The position numbers and the translations under genes were made by a program. From Trueperaceae bacterium (GTDB lineage: Bacteria > Deinococcota > Deinococci > Deinococcales > Trueperaceae), in contig OZ243956.1 of the NCBI GenBank assembly GCA_965214405.1, positions 4,320,001-4,384,000 on the forward strand: 64,000 nucleotides of DNA, given 5' to 3'. Numbering within the stretch: the stretch's first letter is position 1; each line of letters begins with the position of its first letter. This document shows positions 1-12,218 of this stretch, in pieces. Under the pieces are notes generated by a model. The model worked only from the letters and a program-made list of their open reading frames with translations, made no database searches and was not told where the DNA came from.

Positions 1-2
1 CT

Positions 3-677
3 GCCCGCCTCACCAAGCGCGGCATCCAGGCTAAAGAGCGGTTGCGGGAGCGTGTCGAAGCGCTCGAGCAGGCGAAGCCCTGGGTGGAAAAGCGTTACGC
101 TTTCTCTTTCGAGCCTAGCGAAGTGCCGCGCGGCGTGTGTTTGAGCGCGCGGTTTTTCAACCCTGAAGAAACGTCGCTGCTCGTCGCCTGGGGTGAGCGG
201 GTGGCGCTGGGGGGCGGGAACGGGGTGGGGAAGACGACGCTGCTACGGGCGCTGCTCGAGCCCCACGCAACGGGCGTCCATTGGGACGCGCGCGCCGTCA
301 TCGGCTACTTGCCGCAGCGGTGGGACGATTCGCACGACGGTGAGGCCGTGGCCGCGCGATTTCCTCGAGAGGCGCACGACAGGGCGCGGACGTTGCTGGG
401 CGTGCTGGGCGTCGGGGGCGAAACCTTTGCGGGTCCCCTTGGCGCGCTCAGCGAGGGGCAGAAGCGGAAGGTGCGGTTGGTGGAGGTTGTCTTGGCGCGG
501 CCCAACGTGCTCGTGCTGGACGAGCCGACGACGCACCTCGACTACACCAGTATCGAGATGCTCGAGGCCGCCCTCACCGCGTTTGAGGGAACCCTTTTGC
601 TTGTGACGCACGACGCCTATTTGCTGGGGCGCGTTGCCCAACGGGTGGTCGAGGTCGCGCCGCGCGTGCCTGGATAG
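3..677 (+). CDS. ABC-F family ATPase, C-terminal part (5' end outside window)
   Basis: Frame is open from base 3. Walker A GGNGVGKTT, signature LSEGQKRK, LDEPTTHLD and H-loop VTHD, preceded by an inter-ABC linker; no transmembrane segments. Confidence 0.85.
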   Translation, partial: ARLTKRGIQAKERLRERVEALEQAKPWVEKRYAFSFEPSEVPRGVCLSARFFNPEETSLLVAWGERVALGGGNGVGKTTLLRALLEPHATGVHWDARAVIGYLPQRWDDSHDGEAVAARFPREAHDRARTLLGVLGVGGETFAGPLGALSEGQKRKVRLVEVVLARPNVLVLDEPTTHLDYTSIEMLEAALTAFEGTLLLVTHDAYLLGRVAQRVVEVAPRVPG

Positions 678-790
678 ATTACCTGGGTAGATGGGCGTAC
701 CGAAACTGTACCGAAACTGAAACGCTGCTTTCCACTTGGTCCTTAGGTAGATTCAAACCGTGCTTACCCTTTGCCAAACGCTACCTACGC

Positions 791-982
791 TCAAGCGAGG
801 AGCGCCTCACGCGCTTTCGCGTTTACAATCTACCCATCCTCTAAGTTGACGGTGCGCTTGACGTGCTCCAACAGCCTCGGGTCGTGCGCCGAACACACAA
901 AGGTGACGCCCCTCTCTTCGTTCAAACGCCTCATCTCGGTGAGATCACTCCCTGACTTACTGTCTAAGTTGTTACCCAACGG
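791..982 (-). pseudogene. Remnant of a LolD/MacB-type ABC ATPase C-terminus
   Basis: Minus frame reads PLGNNLDSKSGSDLTEMRRLNEERGVTFVCSAHDPRLLEHVKRTVNLEDG*IVNAKAREALLA*. Degenerate D-loop and H-loop, in-frame TAG at 830-832, no N-terminal half. Confidence 0.7.
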
Positions 983-1108
983 GTACCAAGCCGCGTGAGG
1001 TGGACCCCTTTGTCAGGGTCTGGCTTGCTTATGTTGGGCGTTACGCACCTGCGGCGCAGCCTGTTTACGCGCCTTTTCGCTGCCGGGCCTTGAAAAGTAA
1101 GAGCCTGA

Positions 1109-2869
<1,761 letters not shown>

Positions 2870-2900
2870 GGCGAAGTTCAGGCGGGGTTCAGATTCCGGC

Positions 2901-3596
2901 GTGACGCCTCATTCGTCTAAACCTCTCGAGGCCAAATCTTCACAAACCAAACCTCCCAAACCTCTCGTCATCGGCCTCGCGGGCGGCGCGGGTTCGGGTA
3001 AAACTACCGTCGCGGACGCTATCGTGAGGGCCGCAGGAACCGCGCGGGTGGTGCTTTTGCCTCAGGACGCGTACTACCGGGCGCAGGCCGAGGTGCCTTT
3101 TGAGGCTCGAGTCAAAACCAACTACGACGAACCGAGCGCCTTTGACACCGACCTCCTCTTGCGCCACCTTGACGCGCTCGTGCGGGGCGAGCCCGTCGAG
3201 CGGCCCGTCTACAACTTTGCCGACTACGACCGCGCCACGCAGACCGTGACGCTCTCGCCCACGCCCGTGCTGGTGGTCGAGGGGATTTTGGTCCTGCACG
3301 AAAGGCGTCTGCGTGACAGGATGGCCTTGAAAGTTTTTGTCGACGCGCCGCCCGACGAGCGCTTTATCAGGCGGCTCGAGCGCGACGTGCGCGAAAGGGG
3401 CCGGAGCGCGGAGAGCGTCATCGACCAGTACCGCCGCACCGTCAAACCGATGCACGACTTGTTCGTCGAGCCCACCAAGGCGCACGCCGACCTCATCATC
3501 CCCGAGGGGGGCGAAAACAGGATCGCGCTAGAGGTTTTGAGCGCGTTTGTCGAAAAGGCGGTGGAGAGGATGGCGGGCGAAAAGACGGTTCATTAG
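2901..3596 (+). CDS. udk: Uridine kinase
   Basis: IGLAGGAGSGKTT, QDAYYR, NYDEPSAFD, RRLERDVRERGRS; start approximate (GTG 2901). Confidence 0.93.
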   Translation: MTPHSSKPLEAKSSQTKPPKPLVIGLAGGAGSGKTTVADAIVRAAGTARVVLLPQDAYYRAQAEVPFEARVKTNYDEPSAFDTDLLLRHLDALVRGEPVERPVYNFADYDRATQTVTLSPTPVLVVEGILVLHERRLRDRMALKVFVDAPPDERFIRRLERDVRERGRSAESVIDQYRRTVKPMHDLFVEPTKAHADLIIPEGGENRIALEVLSAFVEKAVERMAGEKTVH

Positions 3597-3720
3597 GATA
3601 CAGCCGAGCGTCCCGCACCCTGTCAGGCCACCTCCTTTAGGGGATAAACTGACCTAAGTATGACGAATCTTTCTACAAATCTGCACTTATCCACCAAAGG
3701 TACTCTGTGAAAGGCACCCC

Positions 3721-5565
3721 GTGACCCGCGCTACTCTGCAACGCATCCTCTGGGCCTGCGTGCTTTTGAGCCTCATCCCTGGGTTTATTTTGGCCGTGCG
3801 CCGCGTTGAGGCCGAGGGCACAAGCCGCACCGTCACGGTGGTGATGGACGAGCCCGCGCTGGCGGAGCAGGCGGCCTATTTGGGCGTGAGTTCGTTCGAG
3901 TTGGGCGAGCGCTACCGGGCGCTCGGGCTAAACGGGATTGCGCTCTATGAGGACGCCTTTGACACCGCCGAGACCGCGGGGCGCATCCTGATGCTGACGG
4001 GCGCGGAGGCGCGCGAACTCGCCTTGTCGTTGGGGGAGAATGTGGACGAACTGAGCCAAATTCCCGCCAACAGCACGTTGGTGACGGGGCTCGAGCCGGA
4101 CGTCATACCCCACATCCTCGCCAAAAACGCGCCCGCGCCTCAAGAAGTCGTGCTTGACGGACGCACCTGGTACGCCTACCCCGGCGAGGGCGACACGCGG
4201 CCCGCGGGTCCCGACTTGACCGCGCTCAAAGAGTGGAGCGACGCGGGCTGGGACGTCGCCTACCGCCCGCGCAACTATCCGAATCTTATGGACGTGGGCG
4301 AGGATTTTCCCGAAGAGGCGCACTACCTCATCCACTCGGGCTTGCAGGTCGCGGGGCAACCGGACGGCTTGAGCGAACTTGTAAGCGCTTCACAGGGCTA
4401 CATCACGGGCGTCATCGAGGGTACCGCGCAGGACGGCATGGGAGAGGTTATCCGCAAAATCCCGACGGCGCGGTTGTTGAGTTTTAACCAGGATTACATC
4501 AACCAACTCCTTAAACCGGGCGACCTCACCGACAAATACTTGCTCGCCGCCAACGAGCGCGGGGTGCGGATTCTTTACCTGCGGCCCTACACCGAGGAGC
4601 AGTTGGGCGACATGGTCGCCAATACCGAGGCGCTGGTGGGGGGGCTTAGAAGGGCGCTCGAGGCCGACGGCTTTACGGTGGGGCCGCTGGAGACGCTCGA
4701 GCTGAACTACCAAACGAATACCCTCTTGCGCGGGCTCTCGGCGGTGGGCGTGGTCGCGGCGCTCGGGCTTTTGGCGCTTCTTTATCCCGGCGTGTGGGGG
4801 CCTTTAACCGCCACGGCGGTGCTCGGGCTCGGCGTGGCGGCGGGCGGCCCCGGCTGGGACGCGCTCGCGCTGGCTGCCGCGCTCGCCTTTCCGGTGATTG
4901 GCTATGGGCACCTGCCCGAAAGGCTCAGCAGTCTCGGTCTGGCGACGCTCGTGTCCCTGTCGGGCGCGGTGCTCCTGGCGGCGGTCGGCAGCGACCGCGA
5001 GGCGATGCTGGCGATCACGCCCTTTGCGGGGGTGGCCGCCACGCTTGTCGTGCCGCCCCTTCTCTACTTGTTCCACGTCGCGCTGCGCTACCGCCGCCCG
5101 GCGGGCTGGGTCACGGGGTTCTGGCGCTATCCGGTGCGCCTGGGCGACGTGGCGGTGGTGCTTATCTTTATGCTTGCGCTCGCCGTGGTGGTGTTGCGGC
5201 GCGGCAACTTTCCGCTTATCGGCGCGTCGGGGGCCGAACTCGCGCTCCGTCAGGAACTTTCGCAGTGGTTTGTCAGACCGCGTTTCAAAGAACTTTTGGG
5301 GCACCCGCTGGCCGTGCTGGGTCTCGGCACCGCCTTGCCCGCGTCCCTGCGGGCGCTCCTACTCACGGGCGGGGTGGTGGCGCAAGCGAGCATCCTCAAC
5401 TCGTTTAGCCACTACCACACGCCGCTGCTCGTCTCGCTCCAGCGCACGCTTGTGGCGCTCGTGCTGGGCGCGCTGCTCGGTTTCGTGCTGCTACCCCTCG
5501 TACGCCTCGCCACGGGCGGCTTTAGGCGCTGGTTAAAGAGTGAGCCTGTCAAGAGCTGGCAGTAG
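3721..5565 (+). CDS. DUF5693-like membrane protein (CsaB-associated)
   Basis: N-terminal TM, large soluble domain ending AANERGVRILYLRP, then a multi-TM C-terminus with RPRFKELLGHP and NSFSHYHTPL; directly upstream of csaB. Confidence 0.75.
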   Translation: MTRATLQRILWACVLLSLIPGFILAVRRVEAEGTSRTVTVVMDEPALAEQAAYLGVSSFELGERYRALGLNGIALYEDAFDTAETAGRILMLTGAEARELALSLGENVDELSQIPANSTLVTGLEPDVIPHILAKNAPAPQEVVLDGRTWYAYPGEGDTRPAGPDLTALKEWSDAGWDVAYRPRNYPNLMDVGEDFPEEAHYLIHSGLQVAGQPDGLSELVSASQGYITGVIEGTAQDGMGEVIRKIPTARLLSFNQDYINQLLKPGDLTDKYLLAANERGVRILYLRPYTEEQLGDMVANTEALVGGLRRALEADGFTVGPLETLELNYQTNTLLRGLSAVGVVAALGLLALLYPGVWGPLTATAVLGLGVAAGGPGWDALALAAALAFPVIGYGHLPERLSSLGLATLVSLSGAVLLAAVGSDREAMLAITPFAGVAATLVVPPLLYLFHVALRYRRPAGWVTGFWRYPVRLGDVAVVLIFMLALAVVVLRRGNFPLIGASGAELALRQELSQWFVRPRFKELLGHPLAVLGLGTALPASLRALLLTGGVVAQASILNSFSHYHTPLLVSLQRTLVALVLGALLGFVLLPLVRLATGGFRRWLKSEPVKSWQ

Positions 5566-5601
5566 TGGGAGGCGTGAAGCTCGAGGGGCTAGCAGCATCG
5601 T

Positions 5602-5685
5602 GGGCAGCGTTATGAGCGACACTGCGAGCAACAGTTTGGGCGACATGGTGAGCGACAGTTTGGGCGACAATGTGGGCGGCGTTGT
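5602..5685. repeat. Degenerate 12-bp tandem repeat x7
   Basis: gggcagcgttat/gagcgacactgc/gagcaacagttt/gggcgacatggt/gagcgacagttt/gggcgacaatgt/gggcggcgttgt. Confidence 0.75.
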
Positions 5686-5697
5686 GAAGAGGCTCGA

Positions 5698-6684
5698 GTG
5701 AACGTGCTCGTAAGCGGCTACTACGGCTTTGGCAACTTGGGCGACGAGGCGCTTCTCAGTGGGTTGGTCGGGGGCCTCACGGCAAGGGGTCACCGCGTTA
5801 CCGTCCTCTCTCGCAACCCCGCCCAGACGCGCCGACTGCACGGCGCTGAGGCCGCGCCTCGTAAGAGCTTGTTACCCGTCCTCTTGCAGCACGACGCGCT
5901 TCTATCGGGCGGGGGTGGGCTTTTGCAGGACAAGACGAGCGCGCGCTCCTTGCAATATTATTTGGGCGTCTTGCGCCTCGCCAAAGCTTTGGGAAAACGG
6001 ACCATCGTCTACGGTCAGTCGGTGGGGCCGCTCAGCGAGACCGGCAAGCGGTCGGTCGCGCGCGCGCTGCGCGGGGTGCGGGTGGCGGTCCGTGACGAAG
6101 CGTCCCGCGAGCTTCTGCGGACGCTCGGCGTGGAGGCTCGGCTCGTCGCGGACGCCGCGCTTCTTTTGGAGCCGCCCCACACGGCCCCGCCGCCGCCGGA
6201 CGCGCCCGTCTTGCTCGCGCCGCGCGGCGGCTATCCGGTCATCACCGAGGCGCTGGGGGCGCTCGCGGCGCGGTTGGAAGCGCAGGGGTTGAGAGTTTCA
6301 GCGCTCGCTTTACAGGCCGCGGAGGACGCGCCGCCCCTCGAGACGATGAAGCGAGCAGCACCAAATCTTGAGCTTCTCCACCCCAGCACACCCCAAGAGG
6401 CCCTGGGGCATATCGCCAACGCGTCTTACGTGGTGTCGGCGCGGCTCCACGGCCTCGTCTTGGCCGCCGTGTCGGCGCGGCCCTTTTGCGGCGTCGTCTA
6501 CGACCCCAAGGTGGCGGCCTTTTTGGAAGAGTCCGGCTCGAGCGCGCACCACCTCCCGCCGGACGTGCCGGGGCTCCTAGAGGACGTTTTGGCGCGCCGC
6601 GGGCCGGACCTAAAGCGCGTCGCCGCCCTGCGCGCGCGCGCTTCGGCGGGGCTCGAGTGGCTAGACGCCACTTTGCGCGCCTGA
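5698..6684 (+). CDS. csaB: Polysaccharide pyruvyl transferase CsaB
   Basis: SGYYGFGNLGDEA, SGGGGLLQDKTSARSLQYY, GQSVGP, RDEAS, RLHG, YDPKV. Confidence 0.92.
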   Translation: MNVLVSGYYGFGNLGDEALLSGLVGGLTARGHRVTVLSRNPAQTRRLHGAEAAPRKSLLPVLLQHDALLSGGGGLLQDKTSARSLQYYLGVLRLAKALGKRTIVYGQSVGPLSETGKRSVARALRGVRVAVRDEASRELLRTLGVEARLVADAALLLEPPHTAPPPPDAPVLLAPRGGYPVITEALGALAARLEAQGLRVSALALQAAEDAPPLETMKRAAPNLELLHPSTPQEALGHIANASYVVSARLHGLVLAAVSARPFCGVVYDPKVAAFLEESGSSAHHLPPDVPGLLEDVLARRGPDLKRVAALRARASAGLEWLDATLRA

Positions 6685-6746
6685 CAAATCCCTGATGAAC
6701 CCGTCTTTTTCTCCCTTCTGCTTCGCTCTCATCCTGGAGGTCTACA

Positions 6747-7640
6747 GTGAAAGGCATGGTTTCCAAAGGTATGGTGTCCGCGTCTCGAGCCCCCTCCCCC
6801 AACGCTACTCCTGCCTTTATAGGACCCGTCCGCATGGCTAAACCTCTTTTTCAATTCTACTTGTGCGTCACCGCCTCCTGGCTTCTAGCGGGTGCGTACG
6901 CGCAAGACGCGCTGGGCGACATGAGGGCGCTCCTCGACAGCGGCTCCTACTACTACGCGGCGCAGGTGGCGGGGCCTGCGCTCGTGACCGAGAACCCCGA
7001 AGCGCCCGAGGCGCACTTTCTTTACAGCCGCGCGCTTTACCTCACGGGAGACGCGGCGGCGGCGGGGATGCAGTTGGGGGCGGCGCGCCGTCTCGCGGGC
7101 GGCGACACCCCCGCCTACCTGTGGCTGGACGGGCTCTTACAGGCGGCAACGGGCAATTTAGAGGAGGCCGAAAAACTCTTGCAAAGGGCCTTTTTGGAGG
7201 AACAGATAGAGGCTCAAACCGCAGGACAAACGGGCGAAACCGCCTACGAAATGGCGATGGACTGGGGCCGCGTCGCCTGGCAACGAGATGATGTCGAGGG
7301 CGCGTTGAGGGCGTTTGGGGCCGCCGCCACCACCGAAAGAGGTCAGCGGGAGCCGTGGCCCAACCTCAACCGCGGACGCCTGCTCCTCTACAGCGGCGAT
7401 TATGAGGCGGCCATCGCGGCTCTGGAGGCGGCCATCACCGTGTTTGAACAAAACGACACCTCCGCCGAGGGTCTGCCCTCTCCCGCCTACGTCGAGGCCT
7501 ACTACCGTTTGGGGCAAGTCTACGAATTGGAGGGTGATAGAGACACGGCGGCGCAGCACTACGACTTCGCGCGCGTCGTCGACCCCAATTACGCGCCCGC
7601 GCTCGAGGCGCTCGCACGCCTGAACGAGGCCCAACCGTGA
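6747..7640 (+). CDS. Tetratricopeptide-repeat protein, probably exported
   Basis: TPR-like units (PEAHFLYSRALY, EAYYRLGQVYELEGD...DPNYAPALEAL); signal-like LLAGAYAQD; true start may be downstream. Confidence 0.75.
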   Translation: MKGMVSKGMVSASRAPSPNATPAFIGPVRMAKPLFQFYLCVTASWLLAGAYAQDALGDMRALLDSGSYYYAAQVAGPALVTENPEAPEAHFLYSRALYLTGDAAAAGMQLGAARRLAGGDTPAYLWLDGLLQAATGNLEEAEKLLQRAFLEEQIEAQTAGQTGETAYEMAMDWGRVAWQRDDVEGALRAFGAAATTERGQREPWPNLNRGRLLLYSGDYEAAIAALEAAITVFEQNDTSAEGLPSPAYVEAYYRLGQVYELEGDRDTAAQHYDFARVVDPNYAPALEALARLNEAQP

Positions 7641-7939
7641 CTGTTTCTGAACGCTGTGAAACTCCGCGAAGCCGCTACACCACCCAGCCTCGAGAGCGCC
7701 GCGACTCGAGACACATTGACAGAACGGAAACAGAACGGAACGCCCTTCAAGGAAATGCGGACGCCGCAAGAGAAAATGTGAACCGTTTGTGTAAGATTTC
7801 ATACCGACATTTGCGAGGATTTGGCGGACCATTTAATCTATAGTGTTAGACATTTCCTCGCAGGCCGCGTGATGGTTACCACCCCAGTCAGTATCACCCC
7901 AAAACGCGCCGACGGATTGTCTGGCAGAGGAGGAAACCT

Positions 7940-8617
7940 ATGCTCAACGTAACGACGTCACTGCCGCAGCAGGCGTGCGAAACACCCGACATCGTGCCGC
8001 AAACTCTAGCGCACCCGACGCGCACGCTCGAGCCGGGCGCGGTCCTTTACGAAGCGGGGCGCGAAGCCGCCTCGCTCTACATCGTCAACGCGGGCGTGCT
8101 CAAGGCGGTCGTCCCTACCTCGTTAGGCCGCGACCGCATCGCCGACCTCTACGGCCCCGGTGACGTGCTGGGCACCGCCGCCATCGACGCAGGCCTCCAC
8201 GCCGAAACGGTTGTGGCGGTTCACGACGCGTGCTTGACCCCCTTGGACCCCCTTCAGGCGATGAACGACCGGACGCTGCGCGACTACATCGTGCGCTCGC
8301 TCGCCCGGCAGTTGCGGCGCTCGCGCGAGGCGATGGACGACGCCGAGTTGCCCGTGGGCGCGCGCGTGACGCGGGCCTTTCTGAGGCTCAGCGAACGCTT
8401 CGGCGGGGCCGCCGACGGCGAAGCGGGCGTCAAGCTGCCCCTGGCATTGACGCACGAGGATTTGGCGTCATTAACGGGTTCGTCGCGGGTGACCATCACC
8501 CGTATTTTGGGCGAGTTGAGGCAGGAGGGGGCGCTCTCGGGCACGCGCGGGGTCTACGTCGCCAATCCTGAGGGGTTGGAAAGAGCGACCGATCATTACG
8601 TCATGCAGGTGATTTAG
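7940..8617 (+). CDS. Crp/Fnr-family transcriptional regulator
   Basis: cNMP-fold (LYEAG..A.SLYIV..G, GPGDVLG) plus HTH LTHEDLASLTGSSRVTITRILGEL; SD GAGGAGG. Confidence 0.93.
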   Translation: MLNVTTSLPQQACETPDIVPQTLAHPTRTLEPGAVLYEAGREAASLYIVNAGVLKAVVPTSLGRDRIADLYGPGDVLGTAAIDAGLHAETVVAVHDACLTPLDPLQAMNDRTLRDYIVRSLARQLRRSREAMDDAELPVGARVTRAFLRLSERFGGAADGEAGVKLPLALTHEDLASLTGSSRVTITRILGELRQEGALSGTRGVYVANPEGLERATDHYVMQVI

Positions 8618-8676
8618 CCCTCGCCTTGCCTGGCGAGACCAACTCACACGGAAAAATCAGCAAGGTCGAGATGGAG

Positions 8677-8726
8677 AGCGGAGGCAACGGGAAAATCTCG
8701 TATTGCCTCCGCTTTCTCTTCCTTTT
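8677..8726 (+). terminator. Intrinsic terminator between convergent genes
   Basis: Stem AGCGGAGGCAA/TTGCCTCCGCT followed by a T-rich tract. Confidence 0.65.
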
Positions 8727-8755
8727 CAGGAGGTGTTCGTAGGCGAAATACCGCA

Positions 8756-9802
8756 TTAGGCGCGCTCGAGCCCGTACATCCTCGGATGATGCCCGCTGTG
8801 GGCCACGCGGACGCCCTCCACAAGCCGCCACGCGCTTTGTTCCCCGAGCACCCGCTCGAACAGCTTGATGTCATGGGTGAGGATGACGCACCGCGCGTTT
8901 GCCGTTCCCACGCGCGCCAGCTCCGTCAGAAGCGAGGGGTAAAGAGAAGCGTTTTCGCGGTGCGACCCGACCGCGTCGCCCCAGGGCACGTCGGCGACCA
9001 TCACGTCGAAAGAGTCCCCAGAAAACGTTAGCTGGGTCGCGTCGCCCTTTAGGAGGTCGATGTCACCTTGGAAGCCGCTCTTCAAAACGTTGGCTTGGGC
9101 GCACCCCAACGCCTCCGCATCGTTGTCAACCCCCACGAGTCGCGCCGCTTTGCCTGCCAAGCGCCGCTCGATGAGCAGGGTGCCTGAGCCGCACATGGCG
9201 TTGAGAAAGCGGTCGTCGGACCTCGCGCCCGCCACCTCGACCATCGCCGCCGCCAGCGTGGCGTTAAGGCCGCCCGCCCGGTTGCACACGCGCCAGTCTC
9301 GAGCCGAGAGCGGGCGTGGGGTGAGGCGGATGAGCACCTCCCAACTGCCTCGTGCCGGTCTCACGCGCAAGAGCAGGTCGCCCGTTTGGGCGTCGTAGGG
9401 GAGATTCAAAGATGATTCCAACGCTGCCGCCAACCGCGCGAACACCGCCGAGTCGCTGCCCGCCGCGCCGAAGCGGAAGCTCGTAAACTGGTCCGCGTGG
9501 TTTACCTTCCGAAGGGTTTCTACCAGCCTCGTCAAATGCTGGTGACCCAGAAGGGCTTTAGGACGCGGCACGTCAAAGTGGAGCGCGAGATAAACGGCCA
9601 CCACGGTGCGAAGCCCGCGCAAACGTTTTGCGTCACCGCCATAGGTAAAGCGCACCTCCCCCGGCGTCTCAGAAAGCACCCGGACACCCCGCAGACGCTC
9701 CAACTCCTCTCGAGCCAATCCCTCGAGCCCCGCTAAGGTCTCCGCCACGAGCTCGAGCCGCTCACCCGCATCCGTTGATATTCCCCGCGCTGGTCGCTTC
9801 AC
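8756..9802 (-). CDS. THUMP/UPF0020-type RNA (guanine-N2) methyltransferase
   Basis: GLE.LAREEL N-terminus, LNATLAAAMV, NAMCGSGTLLIE, DVPWG. Confidence 0.8.
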   Translation of the reverse strand: MKRPARGISTDAGERLELVAETLAGLEGLAREELERLRGVRVLSETPGEVRFTYGGDAKRLRGLRTVVAVYLALHFDVPRPKALLGHQHLTRLVETLRKVNHADQFTSFRFGAAGSDSAVFARLAAALESSLNLPYDAQTGDLLLRVRPARGSWEVLIRLTPRPLSARDWRVCNRAGGLNATLAAAMVEVAGARSDDRFLNAMCGSGTLLIERRLAGKAARLVGVDNDAEALGCAQANVLKSGFQGDIDLLKGDATQLTFSGDSFDVMVADVPWGDAVGSHRENASLYPSLLTELARVGTANARCVILTHDIKLFERVLGEQSAWRLVEGVRVAHSGHHPRMYGLERA

Positions 9803-10081
9803 GCCTCATGTTATCCCGCTACTGCTGCGTTCAGGTTTTTTCAGATGTCTTCACGGTGTATACACCGAAAGACGCGGCCTCCGCTTGTTTTGCGCTTATA
9901 CTTCTTGAGGGGTGGGTTAACTGTATGAAAGTTGACATCACGCTGACGTGGGGGCACTACACTAACGCTTTGGGGTGACGGACATGCCGCAGACGAACGC
10001 GCCGTTGATAGCTAGATGTGTGAGTGAAAGGGTGTTTGGGCCTTTTTCCGTGCCGCCCGCACGGTGGGGGAGAGTCCGCCT

Positions 10082-11278
10082 ATGGCCCTAGACGCGCTTC
10101 CAAATGGGACCAAACGGAAGCGTGTGAGCGACTTGAAACGCCGCGACTGGCTGACGGGTTACCTTTTCATCCTCCCGGCGGTGCTCGTCATCGCGGTGTT
10201 CGGGCTTTTTCCCATTGGCTACGCCTTTTACATGAGTCTTTATTCCTGGCGGGTTCGGCAGGGGCGCTTTTTGGGTCTGGAAAACTACCAGGACCTCGTC
10301 GGCTCCTGGGGCGGCGGCGCGCTCTTTTTGGGCGGCGTCGCGCTCATTTTGCTCGCGCACTGGCTCTGGACGGACGCGTTCAAGTCGAGCGGCTCGAGAG
10401 GAGGGGGCGCGCTGCGAGTCGGCAAAGTTGTCGGCGCGCTCGTCCTGCTCGGGGCGGGGACCATCTTCGCGCTCGGCTGGAATATGATGACGCGTAGCGG
10501 GGACGAGACGTTTTTGCGCTCGCTCGAGGTGACGCTCTACTACGCGCTCGGCACTGTGCCCCTCCAGATTGCGCTGGCGCTGGTGCTGGCTTATTTGCTC
10601 TTTCAAAATATCCGCGGGCAAGAGGGCTTTCGGATGGTCTACTTTTTGCCCTACGTCACGCCCGTGGTCGCGGCGGCGGTGGTGTTTAGGGGGCTCTTCA
10701 GCCCTCGAGCGGAGAGTTTCGTTAATCAGGTGATGGGCGTGTTCGGCGTCGCGCCGCAGCGCTGGCTTTTTGAGGCGACGCCGGTTTCAGAGCTTCTTTT
10801 CGGCGGGCTTTTCGCGCGGCTGGGGCTCGAGGCGTCCGGTTTCTGGGCGGGACCCAGCCTGGCACTCGTCACCATCATCTTGTTCGGCATCTGGACCTAC
10901 GTGGGCTACAACATGGTCATCTTTTTGGCCGGTCTGGGGGGCATCCCCAAAGAGCTCTACGAGGCCGCCGAGATCGACGGGGCCAACGGGGGCCAAAAGT
11001 TTTGGTCCATCACCGTGCCCTTGCTCTCGCCCGTGACGTTTTACCTGACGGTTCTGGGTTTTATCGGCACCTTCCAGGCCTTTAATCACCTCTACGTCAT
11101 GCGCGAGCCCTTCGCGCGGGGCACGGTGGACACCGCGAGCATCGTGATTTTTGACACCTTTTATAAGCGGAACAACTATTCGCTGGCGGCGGCGCAATCC
11201 ATTCTGCTCTTCGTCGTGATTTTGAGTCTTACGCTCGTGCAAAACCGGCTTTTCGGGAGGAGGGCGCTCCGTGGCTAG
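10082..11278 (+). CDS. Carbohydrate ABC transporter permease (with extra TM insertion)
   Basis: GYLFILPA, FLGLENY, EAA loop ELYEAAEIDGA, ITVPLLSP. Confidence 0.92.
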   Translation: MALDALPNGTKRKRVSDLKRRDWLTGYLFILPAVLVIAVFGLFPIGYAFYMSLYSWRVRQGRFLGLENYQDLVGSWGGGALFLGGVALILLAHWLWTDAFKSSGSRGGGALRVGKVVGALVLLGAGTIFALGWNMMTRSGDETFLRSLEVTLYYALGTVPLQIALALVLAYLLFQNIRGQEGFRMVYFLPYVTPVVAAAVVFRGLFSPRAESFVNQVMGVFGVAPQRWLFEATPVSELLFGGLFARLGLEASGFWAGPSLALVTIILFGIWTYVGYNMVIFLAGLGGIPKELYEAAEIDGANGGQKFWSITVPLLSPVTFYLTVLGFIGTFQAFNHLYVMREPFARGTVDTASIVIFDTFYKRNNYSLAAAQSILLFVVILSLTLVQNRLFGRRALRG

Positions 11279-12200
11279 GGCCAACGTCGGCGGTTTGGAG
11301 GGCGCGGCGCAGGGGGCGGATAGGCTCGAGGCCAACAAGCGGATACAGAAGCGGGCCTCTAAAGCTCCCTACGAGTTCCGCCTCGTCCACCTGCCCATCT
11401 ACCTCGTGCTGCTCGTCGGGGCCATTGTCGCGGTGATACCCTTTTTTTACATGATCTCGACCTCGCTCATGACGTTGGGCGAGACCATCAACCGCCAAGT
11501 CCTGCCCGACGCGCCGCAGTTCGCCAACTACGCGGAGGCCTGGGGTGAGGCCGACTTTTCACAGTATTTCCTCAACAGCGTCATCATCACCGCGCTCACG
11601 TTGGCGGGGCTCCTCTTTACCTCCGTCCTGGCGGGCTATGCGTTCGCGCGCATCGAGTTTCCGGGCCGCGAGCTTGTCTTCATGATGCTCCTAGCCACCA
11701 TGATGATTCCCACCACCGTCACCTTTATCCCCAACTTCTTGCTCGTCCGCGGCGACGTGATTCCCTGGGGCTCGTGGCTCAACACGCTGCCCGCGCTCAC
11801 GGTGCCCTTTATGGCGAACGCGTTCTCCATCTTTTTGCTGCGGCAGTTTTTCGCGGGCATCCCCAACGAACTCTGGGACGCCGCGCGCTTAGACGGCGCG
11901 GGTCACACGCGCTTTTTGCGTTCCGTCGTCATCCCCATGAGCAGGCCCGTGATCATGACCGTCACGCTGTTGGGTTTTATCGTCGCCTGGAACGAATTTT
12001 TGTGGCCGCTTTTGGTCACCACCACCCCCACCTGGCGGCCGCTCATGGTCGGGCTGTACACCTTTATTACCGAGGCGGGACCCGAAACGCAGCTTCTCAT
12101 GGCGGGCGCGGTCATTACCATCATCCCGGTGCTCGTCATTTATTTCTTTACCCAAAAACAGTTTACCGAGGGCATCGCTACCTCGGGGCTCAAAGGATAA
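11271..12200 (+). CDS. Carbohydrate ABC transporter permease
   Basis: AGYAFARIEFPGR, FLLRQFF..IPNELWDAARLDGA; overlaps the upstream gene. Confidence 0.93.
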   Translation: MARANVGGLEGAAQGADRLEANKRIQKRASKAPYEFRLVHLPIYLVLLVGAIVAVIPFFYMISTSLMTLGETINRQVLPDAPQFANYAEAWGEADFSQYFLNSVIITALTLAGLLFTSVLAGYAFARIEFPGRELVFMMLLATMMIPTTVTFIPNFLLVRGDVIPWGSWLNTLPALTVPFMANAFSIFLLRQFFAGIPNELWDAARLDGAGHTRFLRSVVIPMSRPVIMTVTLLGFIVAWNEFLWPLLVTTTPTWRPLMVGLYTFITEAGPETQLLMAGAVITIIPVLVIYFFTQKQFTEGIATSGLKG

Positions 12201-12218
12201 TGGGAGCGGCTCGAGTCT

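Noticed and set aside
3..677. Calling the ABC-F an antibiotic-resistance gene
   Set aside because: Only the C-terminal half is visible, so the subfamily cannot be assigned without the full linker and a phylogeny.
3687..3695. DnaA box TTATCCACC
   Set aside because: A single mismatched box with no cluster, AT-rich unwinding region or dnaA.
5602..5685. CRISPR array or functional small ORF (5540-5701)
   Set aside because: Contiguous degenerate 12-mers without spacers or cas genes; the ORF is low-complexity with no recognisable family.
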